Positions 10,032 through 20,561 of a stretch of 64,000 nt of DNA are shown here, one piece after another. This DNA comes from Candidatus Omnitrophota bacterium. Its GTDB lineage: Bacteria; Ratteibacteria; UBA8468; MWAK01. The position numbers were made by a program, and so were the translations under genes. The stretch spans positions 48,678 to 112,677 of the forward strand of contig JBDRQI010000005.1 of assembly GCA_043826355.1 (NCBI GenBank). The letters run 5' to 3'. Within the stretch, counting starts at the first letter, position 1. Each line of letters starts with the position of its first letter. Below the pieces are notes generated by a model. That model ran no database searches and was not told where the DNA came from. It saw nothing but the letters and a program-made list of their open reading frames with translations.

Positions 10032-10586
10032 TTAATGCCTCCTGAAATTTAATACATAGCCCTCGTTGTAACTTTTATCGTGCAGAAGAATCCTTAGAAC
10101 CTTTTTCTCAAGAATAAAACCGGCTTTTTCTATTTCCTCCACCACGCCGTCCAGATTAACATCAGTCAACTCCATTGCAGGGTGGTCTTCTTTGTGATGT
10201 CTTGAGTAAACGGAAAGAAAACCCTCTTTTTTTAAAACCCGGCGAATCTCATTATAAATGACAGTTCTTCTCTTTCTGTTCTGGTAGTGGATAACGTCAT
10301 AACATAAAACCGCATCCAAGAAATCATCTTTTAAAGGAATTTTTGAGTCCTTTTTTATTAACTCAATGTTTTTTATATTACCCTTTTTCACTCTTTCTTT
10401 TAATCTATCCAGAGCATCCTTGTCCCTGTCCAGAGCGTATACTTTAGCCGCTATTTTTGAGGCGGGAATTGTGTAGTGCCCCTCGCCTGAACCAAAATCC
10501 AGGATAGTTCGGCCTTTTTTAATTCCGATTTCTTCTAAAAATTTTTCACCGTCCTGTTCCATCCATTTTTTAACATAATTTTCCAT
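10032..10586 (-). CDS. class I SAM-dependent methyltransferase
   Basis: Motif I ILDFGSGEGHYT; about 180 aa. Confidence 0.75.
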   Translation of the reverse strand: MENYVKKWMEQDGEKFLEEIGIKKGRTILDFGSGEGHYTIPASKIAAKVYALDRDKDALDRLKERVKKGNIKNIELIKKDSKIPLKDDFLDAVLCYDVIHYQNRKRRTVIYNEIRRVLKKEGFLSVYSRHHKEDHPAMELTDVNLDGVVEEIEKAGFILEKKVLRILLHDKSYNEGYVLNFRRH

Positions 10587-10628
10587 CTTAACGTTTACTC
10601 TTCATTGCGCCGGTTTAAAAATCAACGT

Positions 10629-10877
10629 TTATTTGCTGTATAATTCTTCGAAAACGCTTTCGGCGGCTAACGCTATCGGTTCTCTGCCGGGGTCAGGGGA
10701 CAATTCCGGCTGACCGGCGCATCTCAAAATAGATTCTTGTTTCGCTGCAATCACTTTCTCATTAGGTTCCCGAATTATGGTTACTTCAAAAAAAGGTTTC
10801 AGTTTTTTTACCGCGAGAGCGGCTAACGCGCCGCATCCGGAACATCCTATTGCAACAACTCTTTTTTTTCCATCCAT
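10629..10877 (-). CDS. hypothetical small Cys-containing protein
   Basis: 82-aa ORF in the operon, VVAIGCSGCGALAA. No recognisable family. Confidence 0.35.
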   Translation of the reverse strand: MDGKKRVVAIGCSGCGALAALAVKKLKPFFEVTIIREPNEKVIAAKQESILRCAGQPELSPDPGREPIALAAESVFEELYSK

Positions 10878-10922
10878 CTTTCTCCTGCAGGTGCACCTCG
10901 TTTTATAAAGCGTTTGCCCGCT

Positions 10923-11165
10923 TCAAAAATTCGTCGGGCAACTTCCGGTTGGACAAGTCGGACAAGAAGAATCTGAATTCTTGTTGCCGGAAGAAACGTT
11001 AATTCCAAAAGAAGCGAAACCCTTTTCAATATTCTTGCTTCCGCATTTCTGACACTTCAATTTTACCGTTTCAGAAGATACGCCTACCAGCAGGTCAAAC
11101 CTATAACCACAATCTTTACAAACATAAACATAAACAGGCATTGTTTGTCGCCTCCTTTCAAGCAA
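10923..11165 (-). CDS. FmdB family zinc ribbon protein
   Basis: MPVYVYVCKDCGYRF...CQKCGS; ends with a Cys-rich tail. Confidence 0.75.
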   Translation of the reverse strand: MLERRRQTMPVYVYVCKDCGYRFDLLVGVSSETVKLKCQKCGSKNIEKGFASFGINVSSGNKNSDSSCPTCPTGSCPTNF

Positions 11166-11189
11166 TGCTTCCTTTTTTCACTCTTGCTT

Positions 11190-12842
11190 TTACCGAAAGT
11201 ACATATTTTCTGCTACCAAATAGGCAAAATCTTTTTCCGTTTCATTAGGTTTGCAGTGTTCTATTTTTTTCGCAATCTCTTTCGCCGTTTCCCTTCGTTG
11301 CCTGGATAAAAGCATTTCTCTTGCTCCCTCTAGGGCGCCGTTTCCGATTTTTACAACTTTTTCTTCTTCTGCTTCCGGAATCAAACCGATTTTCATGGCG
11401 TTTTTGACGTTTATGAAATTACCGAAACCGCCGGCAAGATAAATTCTGCTTATGTTTTTTAAATCTACCGGGTACTGTTTCATTAAAAGGTCCTGGTCGG
11501 TTCTTAATCCGCCTTTGGCGGTAATAAGTTGATAAATATCCTGCTGGCTAATTTTAATTTTTCCGGTTACATAAAAATCCTGCCCTATTTTTGCTGTTTT
11601 GCTCATAATTCCATGAGTTAAAAGCTCAGCCAGCAAATCTATTAAGCCGGAACCGCAAATGCCTATCGGATGTTTATCTTCTATTGTTGAGTAAGCAACT
11701 CTTCCGTTAATTATTTCTACCTGTTTTATCGCTCCTCCGATGGCGCCGCAGCCGGAGGAAATCGTTGTGCCTTCATAAGCGCCTCCGGCGGCGCAGGAAG
11801 CGCTTATCATCCTTTCGGAATTACCCAAAACTATCTCGCCGTTGGTTCCTATGTCGATAACCATACCTACCTCTTTATTTTTATATATTTCAGACGCCAA
11901 GACATCCGCCACCGTATCCGCGCCGGCATGTCCGCCAATTAACGGCGCCCCAAAAACCCGGCCCTTTGAATTAATCAAAAGACCTATTTCCTCGGGTTTT
12001 TTAATTACCGATTCCTTATGGCCGGGTTCAAAAGGAATTAATCCAAGTGAAGCGACGTCAAACCCAAAAAAAAGGTTCCTCATTGTGGGGTTGCCTACAA
12101 CAACCGCCTCATAAATATATCGTAAAATATCCTCTTCGCACCTTTCCGAAATCTCTTTAATGGAACTATTTATTGATTCCACCACCGTTTCCTGCAGTAT
12201 TCTTACCCTTTCCGTTCTTTCGTTCTCTTTAAAATATCGCCCTTTTTCTTCATCTACAAGAGTAAATCCGATTCGGGAAATGACGTCGTTTCCATAAGAA
12301 ATCTGAGGATTCGTCTTGGCAACTGTGGCGATAACATCTCCGTTTTCCAGGTTTACAAGGTCAAAAACCAGAGTAGTTGTGCCCACGTCTATAGCTAATC
12401 CGTAAATTTTGCCTTGATATTTGTCAATTTCTTCTTCGTTTTTAAAAACCTTGTCTCCTTTTTTATAAAAAACGGGGTTGACGGGAACCTCTTTTTCTGT
12501 TCCGCTTTTCAATATTTCATATTCTCCAAAACTCTTCATAAAAACAGACATATCCTTCAGTTCCCGAATAATGGTCGTTTGACAGGCCAACCTTTCGTTA
12601 GCGCCCAGTTTAAAATTTTTCTCGGCATGGGTCAGTTCATTCAAATTTTCTTTTCCTTTTTCTATCCTTACGATACATTTGCCGCATTTGCCCTGGCCTC
12701 CGCATTCTGCATTTATCTTGACTCCCGAGTTTCTTGCAAGGTCAAGAATAGAGAGCCCCGGATGTATTCTTGTTCCCGTCTTTCCCTGTTTAAACTGGGG
12801 AAAATATATGTCACACATTATTTTCTCCCTTTGACATTTCAA
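11190..12842 (-). CDS. ASKHA-domain (DUF4445) protein with N-terminal 2Fe-2S ferredoxin domain (RACo-like reductive activator family)
   Basis: Plant-type ferredoxin cysteines (ECGGQGKCGKC...LACQ), then a large sugar-kinase/Hsp70-fold ATPase domain, as in corrinoid-protein reductive activators. Confidence 0.65.
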   Translation of the reverse strand: MKCQREKIMCDIYFPQFKQGKTGTRIHPGLSILDLARNSGVKINAECGGQGKCGKCIVRIEKGKENLNELTHAEKNFKLGANERLACQTTIIRELKDMSVFMKSFGEYEILKSGTEKEVPVNPVFYKKGDKVFKNEEEIDKYQGKIYGLAIDVGTTTLVFDLVNLENGDVIATVAKTNPQISYGNDVISRIGFTLVDEEKGRYFKENERTERVRILQETVVESINSSIKEISERCEEDILRYIYEAVVVGNPTMRNLFFGFDVASLGLIPFEPGHKESVIKKPEEIGLLINSKGRVFGAPLIGGHAGADTVADVLASEIYKNKEVGMVIDIGTNGEIVLGNSERMISASCAAGGAYEGTTISSGCGAIGGAIKQVEIINGRVAYSTIEDKHPIGICGSGLIDLLAELLTHGIMSKTAKIGQDFYVTGKIKISQQDIYQLITAKGGLRTDQDLLMKQYPVDLKNISRIYLAGGFGNFINVKNAMKIGLIPEAEEEKVVKIGNGALEGAREMLLSRQRRETAKEIAKKIEHCKPNETEKDFAYLVAENMYFR

Positions 12843-13728
12843 GTGTTTGGTTATAGGAAAGTAAAATTACATCGCCCACTTTGCAACCTATCTCTCCGGC
12901 AATTACCGGACATTTTGCCATAAGAAGAAAAAAGATGGGGCCGGCTACCGCAGAAAGCGCCTCGAAATTTCCCTGTCCCTTGCTGATAATCAAATCAGCC
13001 TTTTTGAATCTTTTTAAAAAATCTTTTGAGCAGCGGGAAAGAATCGTCGCGGGAACGTCTGAACCGGATGATGCTATCTGCGCCGATTTGTCTATTCCGC
13101 AAAAATAGGCGTCTGCTGCCAGGGCGTCGTTTATTGCCGGTTTTTCTTTTACGGCATAAATAATGTTTTTAGAGCTGTCCCTAATCTTGATTTCTTCAAT
13201 AAAGACACGGTCAAACAACGTTTCACCCGCATTATCCGCCAGATAAAGAACGTTTTTTGCTTTATCAAGAGCGTTTTTAAACTGCGGATAATTAAAAAAG
13301 CGGTTATCTTCCGCGCCGATTGCTCTTTTTTCTTCAGCCAGAATTTTTTTAAGTTCTTTGCCTACATTCAAAGAATTTTTTACGCCGCAATCCAGGATAT
13401 TGCCGGCGATAGCAAGTTCAGCGGCCGTCAATAACCTGTCACGGCTTTCTTGCAATTTTTTCTTCAATTTACCGTAGATACTTAAAGCCAAGTTGTTGCT
13501 CTTTTTTTTTATTTCGGCATAGGGGTCGTTGACTCCGGTATGTTTCTTAACTATCCCGTGAATCACCCTGGCCATTTCCGGCGGGGACAAGGTCAAGGAA
13601 AAACCGGGCAGGGCTCCGGCAACCTTGTCTAATATTTCCTTTTGCCCCTCTTCTGACGCCCCGGCCATCCGCGCGGCTTCTAATGCTTGCTTAAAAAAAC
13701 AGGGGATGCAATCCAAAAAAGTTCTCAT
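12811..13728 (-). CDS. DUF89 / ARMT1-like damage-control phosphatase family protein
   Basis: N-terminal CIPCF motif characteristic of the DUF89 subfamily; about 300 aa. Confidence 0.7.
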   Translation of the reverse strand: MRTFLDCIPCFFKQALEAARMAGASEEGQKEILDKVAGALPGFSLTLSPPEMARVIHGIVKKHTGVNDPYAEIKKKSNNLALSIYGKLKKKLQESRDRLLTAAELAIAGNILDCGVKNSLNVGKELKKILAEEKRAIGAEDNRFFNYPQFKNALDKAKNVLYLADNAGETLFDRVFIEEIKIRDSSKNIIYAVKEKPAINDALAADAYFCGIDKSAQIASSGSDVPATILSRCSKDFLKRFKKADLIISKGQGNFEALSAVAGPIFFLLMAKCPVIAGEIGCKVGDVILLSYNQTLEMSKGENNV

Positions 13729-13752
13729 CTATTCTTATTGTCAATCAGTAAT

Positions 13753-14601
13753 TTAATTACTCTTGTTGCTTTTCAAAAATTCTTTGATTTTATTTATAAT
13801 GCCTTCCATATTTTTTGCTGCCGGGCTTTCGTTTCCGGAGGAAATAAACGGCTTTCCGGCATCTCCGGATTTTACCACGGCAGGTTCCATCGGAATTCTT
13901 CCCAGAAACGGCACCTTTAAGTCGCGGGCAGACTTTTCACCGCCGCCGGTTCCGAATAAATCTATTTCTTTCAGGCAGTGCGGACATATAAAACCGCTCA
14001 TATTTTCAATTATTCCCACAACGGGAACTTTTACTTCCTTTGCAAATGAAACGCTTTTTCTTGAATCCAGTATGGCCACCTCCTGGGGGGTGGTGACGAT
14101 AACTGCCCCGTCTATATCCGGAATAAGCTGGCATACGCTTAAAGGCTCGTCTCCGGTTCCGGGAGGAGAATCTATTATCAGATAATCAAGTTCTCCCCAG
14201 TTCACGTCGCTTAAGAATTGTTTTATGGTCATCATCTTTAAAGGTCCGCGCCAGATTACCGGCTGGTCTTTATCTTGCAACAAAAAAGAGAGACTTACCG
14301 CTTTTAAATTAGCCGAGACCGCAACCGGCTCGATACCCGCCTCAGAACCGGCAAATTTCTTTTCTTCGATTCCCAGCATCTTGGCGATATTGGGTCCGTG
14401 AATGTCTACATCTAAAATTCCTACCTTATTTCCTTTAACAGCCAAACCATAGGCTAAATTAACCGCCACGGTCGTCTTACCGACTCCGCCCTTGCCGCTC
14501 ATTACAATAAGTTTATACTTAATCTTAAACATACGTTCTTTAAGTTGCCTGTCCTGCTCAATCCCCTCCTTTTCTCTTTTTTTCTCGTCAATGTTTTGCA
14601 T
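13753..14601 (-). CDS. apbC: Mrp/NBP35 (ApbC) iron-sulfur cluster carrier ATPase
   Basis: Walker [12 protein letters not shown] and the CPHC cluster-binding motif. Confidence 0.85.
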   Translation of the reverse strand: MQNIDEKKREKEGIEQDRQLKERMFKIKYKLIVMSGKGGVGKTTVAVNLAYGLAVKGNKVGILDVDIHGPNIAKMLGIEEKKFAGSEAGIEPVAVSANLKAVSLSFLLQDKDQPVIWRGPLKMMTIKQFLSDVNWGELDYLIIDSPPGTGDEPLSVCQLIPDIDGAVIVTTPQEVAILDSRKSVSFAKEVKVPVVGIIENMSGFICPHCLKEIDLFGTGGGEKSARDLKVPFLGRIPMEPAVVKSGDAGKPFISSGNESPAAKNMEGIINKIKEFLKSNKSN

Positions 14602-14622
14602 TGCTTAACCCTCATAAAATTT

Positions 14623-15276
14623 TTACAAAATATTTCGTCTAGCTATGAGAACATGCTGGTAAATACTTTTCGCTTCTTTAACCGAAAAACCTTTTTCTTC
14701 AAGATAAAACGTGATATCTGAAAGCGTTATTTTTCCAGATTCATGCCTTTTACCTTCAAGCGCGTGAATCTTATCTATAATTCGAAAACCTTCTTCCGTA
14801 AAATCACTTAGAACGAGTTTGCCGTTCCGCGAAAGGACGCGGACCAACTCGTCTACCGCCCGGTAAGGATTACGCATGTGATGAAGGACATTAACCGAAA
14901 ATACCACACCAAAACTTCCGTCGGTAAAACTCGTATGTTCGCCGTTTTCTATCCTGAAATTTGTTGATTTTTCAAGACCGAAATAGATTAAATTTAATCT
15001 TGCAAAACGCTGTTCCTTCTCTGAAACATCAAAAGTAAAAAACGAGTATCCCTGTTTTGCCAGCGCAAGCGCAAAATGTCCCTTCCCGGTCCCGGCCTCG
15101 AGAATTTTACCGTAAAAAGGTTTTGCCTGTTCTAAAATAAAATCCCGTTCCTTCTCCAGAGAGTAGCCGAAACTTTTATAAACCTTTTTTCGTGCAAGAT
15201 ATTCTCTATGGTTCTCGCGTATTTCCTCGCTGAATTTATATTTTTCTGAATCAAAAATCTCCGCCTCTTTATTCAT
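14623..15276 (-). CDS. class I SAM-dependent methyltransferase
   Basis: Motif I ILEAGTGKGHF; LHH post-I motif. Confidence 0.75.
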   Translation of the reverse strand: MNKEAEIFDSEKYKFSEEIRENHREYLARKKVYKSFGYSLEKERDFILEQAKPFYGKILEAGTGKGHFALALAKQGYSFFTFDVSEKEQRFARLNLIYFGLEKSTNFRIENGEHTSFTDGSFGVVFSVNVLHHMRNPYRAVDELVRVLSRNGKLVLSDFTEEGFRIIDKIHALEGKRHESGKITLSDITFYLEEKGFSVKEAKSIYQHVLIARRNIL

Positions 15277-15303
15277 GGATAAAACAGTTATTTTATATAA
15301 AAA

Positions 15304-16689
15304 TTATAGTTTTCCCGTAGCATCCTGAGCGGCCAGCACAACCGGGTACATTGTCGGCGCGGACGTCAAATACGGATGGGTTGCCATCTGCAATGTTTCC
15401 AGTTCACACAGAGAAACCCTTTGTTGTATCGCCATGCCGACGATGTTGATTATCTCGCCAGCCGATATGCCCCCGGAAATCTGACCGCCCATCAGTATCC
15501 CCGATTGACGGGAAAAAATCAGTTTTACCTTTATTTTACTTGCCCCCGGCAAGTTTTTCGGATGTTTATCCACGCCCTCTGTAGTACCGACGATAATTTC
15601 AAATCCTTCCTTCTTGGCGCTTGTTTCGGTAAGGCCCGCAGAACCCAAAACCAGACCGTCAATATAAGTAGAATAAATTGCGATAGTCCCTTTGTTTTCG
15701 CGAACAACCTTCAATTGATAAAGGTTAGCGCCCGCGACCCTTGCTTCGGCAGTGGCGGTGGAGGCAAGCATAACCGCAGCATCTCTGCGCGTATAAAAAT
15801 CCCTCTTACCCGCGCAATCACCGATGGCAAAAATATCGGGGTCAGAAGTGCGCATATACTCGTCCACCCATATTCCTTTGCCCCGTCCCAAATCCAAACC
15901 GGCATCAGTCGCTAATTTTGTGTTAGGAATTGCCCCTATTCCCAAAATAATACTGTCTACTTTCAATTCTTCGCCGCTTTCAAACCGCACTCCTTCAACT
16001 TTTTCCCGGCCTGAAATTTCCACAACTTTTGTGTTAAGGAAAATTTCAACGCCCCTATTTTTAAGTTTTTCTTCAACCAGCAAAGAAAAATCCCGGTCGA
16101 AAGAATTTGCCAACAAACGAGGAAGGGCTTCCACCAAATAAACATTGACCCCTTGAATTTTTGAAATCTCATCCGCGAATTCTATTCCGATGAACCCTCC
16201 CCCAATTATCAAAACGTTTTTTGCTTTTTTAATTTTGGCAACACAGGTTTTGAGATAATCCATGTCTTTGTATATGGGATACACTCCTTTTTTACCAATG
16301 CCGGGAATATTCGGAACAATGGGAAGAGAACCCGTCGCTAAAATCATTTTTTCATAAATATATTCATTTCCATTCTTTGTTTTCAAACTTTTTTTCTCTT
16401 TGTTAACAGTCGCCCCTTCGTCAATTACCACTTCAATATTATTCTTTATCAGGTTATCTGTTCCTAAAACATTATCCTGGGGATTTTCCAAACTGGAGAA
16501 CATATAGGGAATACCGCAGGGAATACAACCATTAGTTACGTTTTTTATCACCAAAATATTTTTATCCGAATAATATCTTCTGACCGTAATAGCGCATACC
16601 ATTCCCGCGGGACCGGAACCGACAACAAGTATATCCACCTTTTTACTCATAAAATCTCCCCCTTTTTCAGCGATTCCAGCATCACGCAA
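15304..16689 (-). CDS. CoA-disulfide reductase / NADH oxidase family FAD-dependent oxidoreductase
   Basis: FAD motif VGSGPAG, active-site region NGCIPCGIPY, second Rossmann motif IIGGGFIGIE. A CoA-binding protein follows. Likely start at the internal MSKKVD. Confidence 0.8.
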   Translation of the reverse strand: MRDAGIAEKGGDFMSKKVDILVVGSGPAGMVCAITVRRYYSDKNILVIKNVTNGCIPCGIPYMFSSLENPQDNVLGTDNLIKNNIEVVIDEGATVNKEKKSLKTKNGNEYIYEKMILATGSLPIVPNIPGIGKKGVYPIYKDMDYLKTCVAKIKKAKNVLIIGGGFIGIEFADEISKIQGVNVYLVEALPRLLANSFDRDFSLLVEEKLKNRGVEIFLNTKVVEISGREKVEGVRFESGEELKVDSIILGIGAIPNTKLATDAGLDLGRGKGIWVDEYMRTSDPDIFAIGDCAGKRDFYTRRDAAVMLASTATAEARVAGANLYQLKVVRENKGTIAIYSTYIDGLVLGSAGLTETSAKKEGFEIIVGTTEGVDKHPKNLPGASKIKVKLIFSRQSGILMGGQISGGISAGEIINIVGMAIQQRVSLCELETLQMATHPYLTSAPTMYPVVLAAQDATGKL

Positions 16690-17069
16690 ATACCGTGAAT
16701 TACTTTTATGCCGTTATCGTGGCAAAACTTGACGGCGGCCTGGCTTTCGGCCCCGGGCTGAAGCCATACTCTCTTTACGCCTTTCTGCAGGCATTCCTTT
16801 AAAATACTCTCCGTTACCGCCGGAGGAGTGACTAAATCAGCAATATCCACCGGATATAGAATATCGTTTATGGTTTTGTAACAGATTCTACCCTCAACTT
16901 CACGCATACTGGGATTAACGGGAAAAACTTCATAACCCTTAGCCAGTAAATTAATTAAAATCTTATAGGCGTATTTGGTCTTGTTCCTGAACGAACCTAC
17001 TACCGCGAATCTTTTTTGTTTCAAAAAATCTTCAACTAAATTTTCCATCTTTGATTGCATTAAAAACAC
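16647..17069 (-). CDS. CoA-binding domain protein
   Basis: FAVVGSFRNKTKYAYKI...PVNP; about 130 aa YccU-like. Confidence 0.75.
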   Translation of the reverse strand: MFLMQSKMENLVEDFLKQKRFAVVGSFRNKTKYAYKILINLLAKGYEVFPVNPSMREVEGRICYKTINDILYPVDIADLVTPPAVTESILKECLQKGVKRVWLQPGAESQAAVKFCHDNGIKVIHGICVMLESLKKGEIL

Positions 17070-17155
17070 TTTGAAATTTCCTGTACTCTAAAAAACTCAA
17101 ACAGGCGTGCCCTTAGAATAAGCTACGGTTATTTCTTTTTTAAGGCCGGCTTCTC

Positions 17156-17884
17156 TTACTCGAATTTTTTACGGAATAATTTTATCGCCGGTAAAATGAA
17201 AAAAACAAAAAAGCCGATAAGTGTCAGGGTATAAAGAAAAATCATTTTATTTGAAACAGCTGAAAATGATAATCGCAGGCCGTCCACCGTATAAGTAAGG
17301 GGTAAAACATAGGCAAAATGCCGTAAAACAAGCGGCATTTTAGATACGGGATAGACAACACCGCTCAAAAATATCAACAAGAAACGCGGGAGGTTAAGTA
17401 ATGTCTGGGCTTCAAAAACTTCTTTAACCATCACGCACAAAAGGGCGCCGAGAGAAGAAAATACAAAGAGCGAAGGAAAAATTATCAGAATAAGGTAAAG
17501 GATGTTTGGGTGGAGCCCAAGCACTACCACAGAAATTATTGTTACTGCAGTTGTCATCAAACAGCCGAAAACAACACCTCCCAAAATCTTTCCGAAAAGC
17601 ACCGCAGTTGTACTGATGGGCGCCAAAAGCAATCTCTCCAAAGAACCAAGCCGTAGTTCAAAGTTTATAACAACTGCTTCGGCAGCAGTGGTGCTGAAAA
17701 GAATCGTCATCGCAATCAATCCGGGCACTAACTCTTTAAAATCTCCGGGATTCCTTAAATAAAAAGCTAAAATCCAGGTAATCGGAAAGACGATACCCCA
17801 ACTGACTGACGGCGGTTTAAAATAGTATGTCTTTATGTCTTTTAAAACGATATAGAAAATACCCCGCAGGTTATCGCGCCACAT
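17156..17884 (-). CDS. ABC-2 family transporter permease
   Basis: Six-TM, about 240 aa, immediately downstream of an ABC ATPase. Confidence 0.75.
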   Translation of the reverse strand: MWRDNLRGIFYIVLKDIKTYYFKPPSVSWGIVFPITWILAFYLRNPGDFKELVPGLIAMTILFSTTAAEAVVINFELRLGSLERLLLAPISTTAVLFGKILGGVVFGCLMTTAVTIISVVVLGLHPNILYLILIIFPSLFVFSSLGALLCVMVKEVFEAQTLLNLPRFLLIFLSGVVYPVSKMPLVLRHFAYVLPLTYTVDGLRLSFSAVSNKMIFLYTLTLIGFFVFFILPAIKLFRKKFE

Positions 17885-18703
17885 TTAATGTCCTTTTTCA
17901 ATTGCTAAAATTTCCGGCTCTAAACCCGTAATTTTCATAAACGCTTCTTCCAATGATTTTTTATCAGTTTTTACCTTTAAAACTTGAGGAGTATCGAACA
18001 CCAAAATTCTCCCCTTTACGAGGATGGCCACACGGTCGCATAAAAGATCTGCCTCTTCTAAGTAATGGGTAGTAAGAAAAATGGTTATCCCTTGCCGGCG
18101 GAGATTAGATATCAAATTACGCAAAGAACGAGCAGCCACTACATCTAAGCCGGCCGTAGGCTCATCCAGAAAAAGAACTTCAGGATTATGAATTAACGCC
18201 GCTGCGACAGTCAAAGCCCGCTTCATACCGCGGGAAAATGTACGGAAGGAACTGTCTTTGCGCTCATAGAGTCGGAAGGTTTTCAGCAATTCTTCCGCTT
18301 TTTTCTTGCGCTGAGCGCGGGGAACACCATAAAGTTGCGCCATGAATATCAGATTATCCATTGCAGATAGTTCATCATAAAGATTAGAGATTTCCGGAAC
18401 AACCCCAATATGTTTCTTTATCTGCACAATTTGTGAACCAATGTCAAGTCCAAAAATAGATGCTTTTCCACCGGTGGGTTTAGAAAGCCCCGTAAGCATC
18501 CTTATAGTTGTAGTTTTTCCGGCGCCATTTGGACCCAAAAATCCAAAAATATCGCCTTTCTCAACTTCAAAATTGATATGGTCAACAGCGAGAAAATCGC
18601 CGTAATGCTTTGTTAAACCTGACGCTTTAATTATAATGTCCTTATTCATTTGTAGATACCCACGGGCACAGCCCGTGTAACTCAAAGCGGCTTTTAGAGA
18701 CAA
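17885..18703 (-). CDS. ABC transporter ATP-binding protein
   Basis: Walker A GPNGAGKTT, signature LSRGMKRAL, Walker B LFLDEPT. Confidence 0.9.
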   Translation of the reverse strand: MSLKAALSYTGCARGYLQMNKDIIIKASGLTKHYGDFLAVDHINFEVEKGDIFGFLGPNGAGKTTTIRMLTGLSKPTGGKASIFGLDIGSQIVQIKKHIGVVPEISNLYDELSAMDNLIFMAQLYGVPRAQRKKKAEELLKTFRLYERKDSSFRTFSRGMKRALTVAAALIHNPEVLFLDEPTAGLDVVAARSLRNLISNLRRQGITIFLTTHYLEEADLLCDRVAILVKGRILVFDTPQVLKVKTDKKSLEEAFMKITGLEPEILAIEKGH

Positions 18704-18737
18704 TTATTTGTTTTACTTTGTTATTGCGGAAGGATCT

Positions 18738-19058
18738 TTAAAAAGTCAAAAGTCTGTCGCTTTCCTTAACCAATTCGTACAAATCTTTCATCGTTGACAA
18801 AGGGCACGTCTCAGAACCGTTGGACTGCCGGATTTTCAGGCATGAGCCGCAAGCCAATATCTTTCCGCCGTTGTCAACGAAGGAACGCATCTGTTCCGTT
18901 ACCTTAAATTTATCGGTATCCAAAGATTCGCATTCCACGCCTTTGCCGAGCAAAAAAACCTTAACCTCGTCATTTTCTTTCCGGCTATAAACACCGAGCC
19001 GAAATGCGTTCCAAACGGTCTCCGAATCATTTGAATAAATAATTATCCCTAACTTCAA
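18738..19058 (-). CDS. DsrE/DsrF-like family protein
   Basis: About 105 aa; DsrE-like fold with conserved Cys (ACGSC). Confidence 0.6.
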   Translation of the reverse strand: MKLGIIIYSNDSETVWNAFRLGVYSRKENDEVKVFLLGKGVECESLDTDKFKVTEQMRSFVDNGGKILACGSCLKIRQSNGSETCPLSTMKDLYELVKESDRLLTF

Positions 19059-19105
19059 AAGGCCTCCTCTTTTTTATCTAATACGAACGCATTAAATCTT
19101 TTTAT

Positions 19106-19175
19106 GTAGGGGTCGGATTCATCCGACCCGCGGGCTTGATAAATCAAGCCCCTACAAAATCCTTATGTAAATTTA
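19106..19175. repeat. Family-B palindromic repeat (GTAGGGG...GCCCCTACAA..TGTAAATTTA)
   Basis: Nested hairpins ggtcggattcatccgacc and gggcttgataaatcaagccc. Related copies at 30557-30606 and 31495-31570. Confidence 0.65.
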
Positions 19176-19886
19176 GAGATTCAGGGTCTGCCCTGCTTTT
19201 ATCGGAATAAAACGGTCCCCGTATCTTTCCTTGAAAATTTCCTCGGCAACTTTGCCGCTGCAATGAGTAGGACCCACCTTTTCGATTTTCATCTTTTGAA
19301 ACCGTTTGGCTATAATAGATATAATTCTTTTATCCTCTTCCATCAAATGAAAACCGCCGAACACCAGATATATCGTTTCACCCGGAAATTTCCTTCGGAC
19401 TCTTTCCAGGATTTTAAGAATCCCGGGATGGGCGCACCCGGTCATTACCGTAAGACCGTTCTGCGTCTTCACGATAAGCGCCTGTTCAGGCATATCACTT
19501 CCGTGATAAACGCCCGGTATCTCCCCTGTGATAAAAATATCTTTTGCAATCTCCTTGAATTTTTCCGTTTCAACAAAAATCCCCTGCAACTTTTTTACTT
19601 TTTCCTTAAACTCTGCGCTGAAATGCGGGCAGGCATAAACGGTGATTCCCTTTCTTCTGGCCAGTATTTCCCATAATCCTCCGGCATGGTCCCAGTGGTC
19701 ATGAGAAATTACCACCGCTTCAAATTCCGCTAAATTTATTCCCAGTTTATCAATATTCTCAATGAGCCATTGCCCGTTTTCACCGGTATCAAATAAGATT
19801 CTATTATCAACCAGGAACGAAACACCCCACCCGATATGAAGATTCTTTGCACAAGAATCTTCATCAAAAATAACCTTTATTTCCAT
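19173..19886 (-). CDS. MBL-fold metallo-hydrolase
   Basis: HxHxDH motif (VISHDHWDHAGG). Confidence 0.8.
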   Translation of the reverse strand: MEIKVIFDEDSCAKNLHIGWGVSFLVDNRILFDTGENGQWLIENIDKLGINLAEFEAVVISHDHWDHAGGLWEILARRKGITVYACPHFSAEFKEKVKKLQGIFVETEKFKEIAKDIFITGEIPGVYHGSDMPEQALIVKTQNGLTVMTGCAHPGILKILERVRRKFPGETIYLVFGGFHLMEEDKRIISIIAKRFQKMKIEKVGPTHCSGKVAEEIFKERYGDRFIPIKAGQTLNL

Positions 19887-19905
19887 TCTTTGGTCTTCTT
19901 TTAAA

Positions 19906-20151
19906 TTACTCCCTTATCATCAAACTGTTGCATTTAGGGCACCTGACCGAAGAACAAGGTACGCCTACATCATGCGTCGCTTTTGCGCCGCACTTGGGGC
20001 AAATACAATTTCCGCTCGGGCCTGCGCCGGCTCTATTTCCCCTATTTCTGCCCATTCCTCCGGAAATTCCGATTCTTCTGCCCATGCCCCTGCCTGTACC
20101 CGGACCTTGTCCAAAAGGGCCTGTTCCGTTTCCTCCCGGCATTTTAATCAC
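19906..20151 (-). CDS. DUF5320-like Gly/Arg-rich small protein with C-terminal zinc ribbon
   Basis: [19 protein letters not shown]... then CPKCG...CPKC. Overlaps the downstream NifX-like gene by 4 nt. Confidence 0.6.
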   Translation of the reverse strand: MIKMPGGNGTGPFGQGPGTGRGMGRRIGISGGMGRNRGNRAGAGPSGNCICPKCGAKATHDVGVPCSSVRCPKCNSLMIRE

Positions 20152-20528
20152 CTCCCCTTATTTTGTATTCCGAATTTTGAACCGACCGTGGATTTCTGCG
20201 TCGGCGTGAACTCTCCCTTTTTATATTTTTCCACCGCTTCTTTAACCGTTCCGGACACGCCGACGATAATATTTATCCCGGCTGCCTGCAAAGTCTGAAA
20301 TGCGTTCGGTCCAACGTTTCCCGTGAGCACGGCTTCAACCTGTTTTTCGGCCATAACCTGGCCCGACTGAATACCCGCCCCTCCTCCCGCTTGAATATTT
20401 GGATTTTCCACCGCTTCAAATTCCATAGTGTCGGTATTTACGATGATAAAATACCGGCATCTTCCGAAACGCGGGTCAACCACGGAATCCAGATTATCAC
20501 CTTCTGCCGTAACGCAAATTTTACCCAT
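20148..20528 (-). CDS. NifX/NifB-like (dinitrogenase iron-molybdenum cofactor biosynthesis) domain protein
   Basis: [13 protein letters not shown] motif; about 125 aa. Confidence 0.75.
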   Translation of the reverse strand: MGKICVTAEGDNLDSVVDPRFGRCRYFIIVNTDTMEFEAVENPNIQAGGGAGIQSGQVMAEKQVEAVLTGNVGPNAFQTLQAAGINIIVGVSGTVKEAVEKYKKGEFTPTQKSTVGSKFGIQNKGR

Positions 20529-20561
20529 CTTTACCTCCCCTGTTTAACTTTCGCAAATTTC

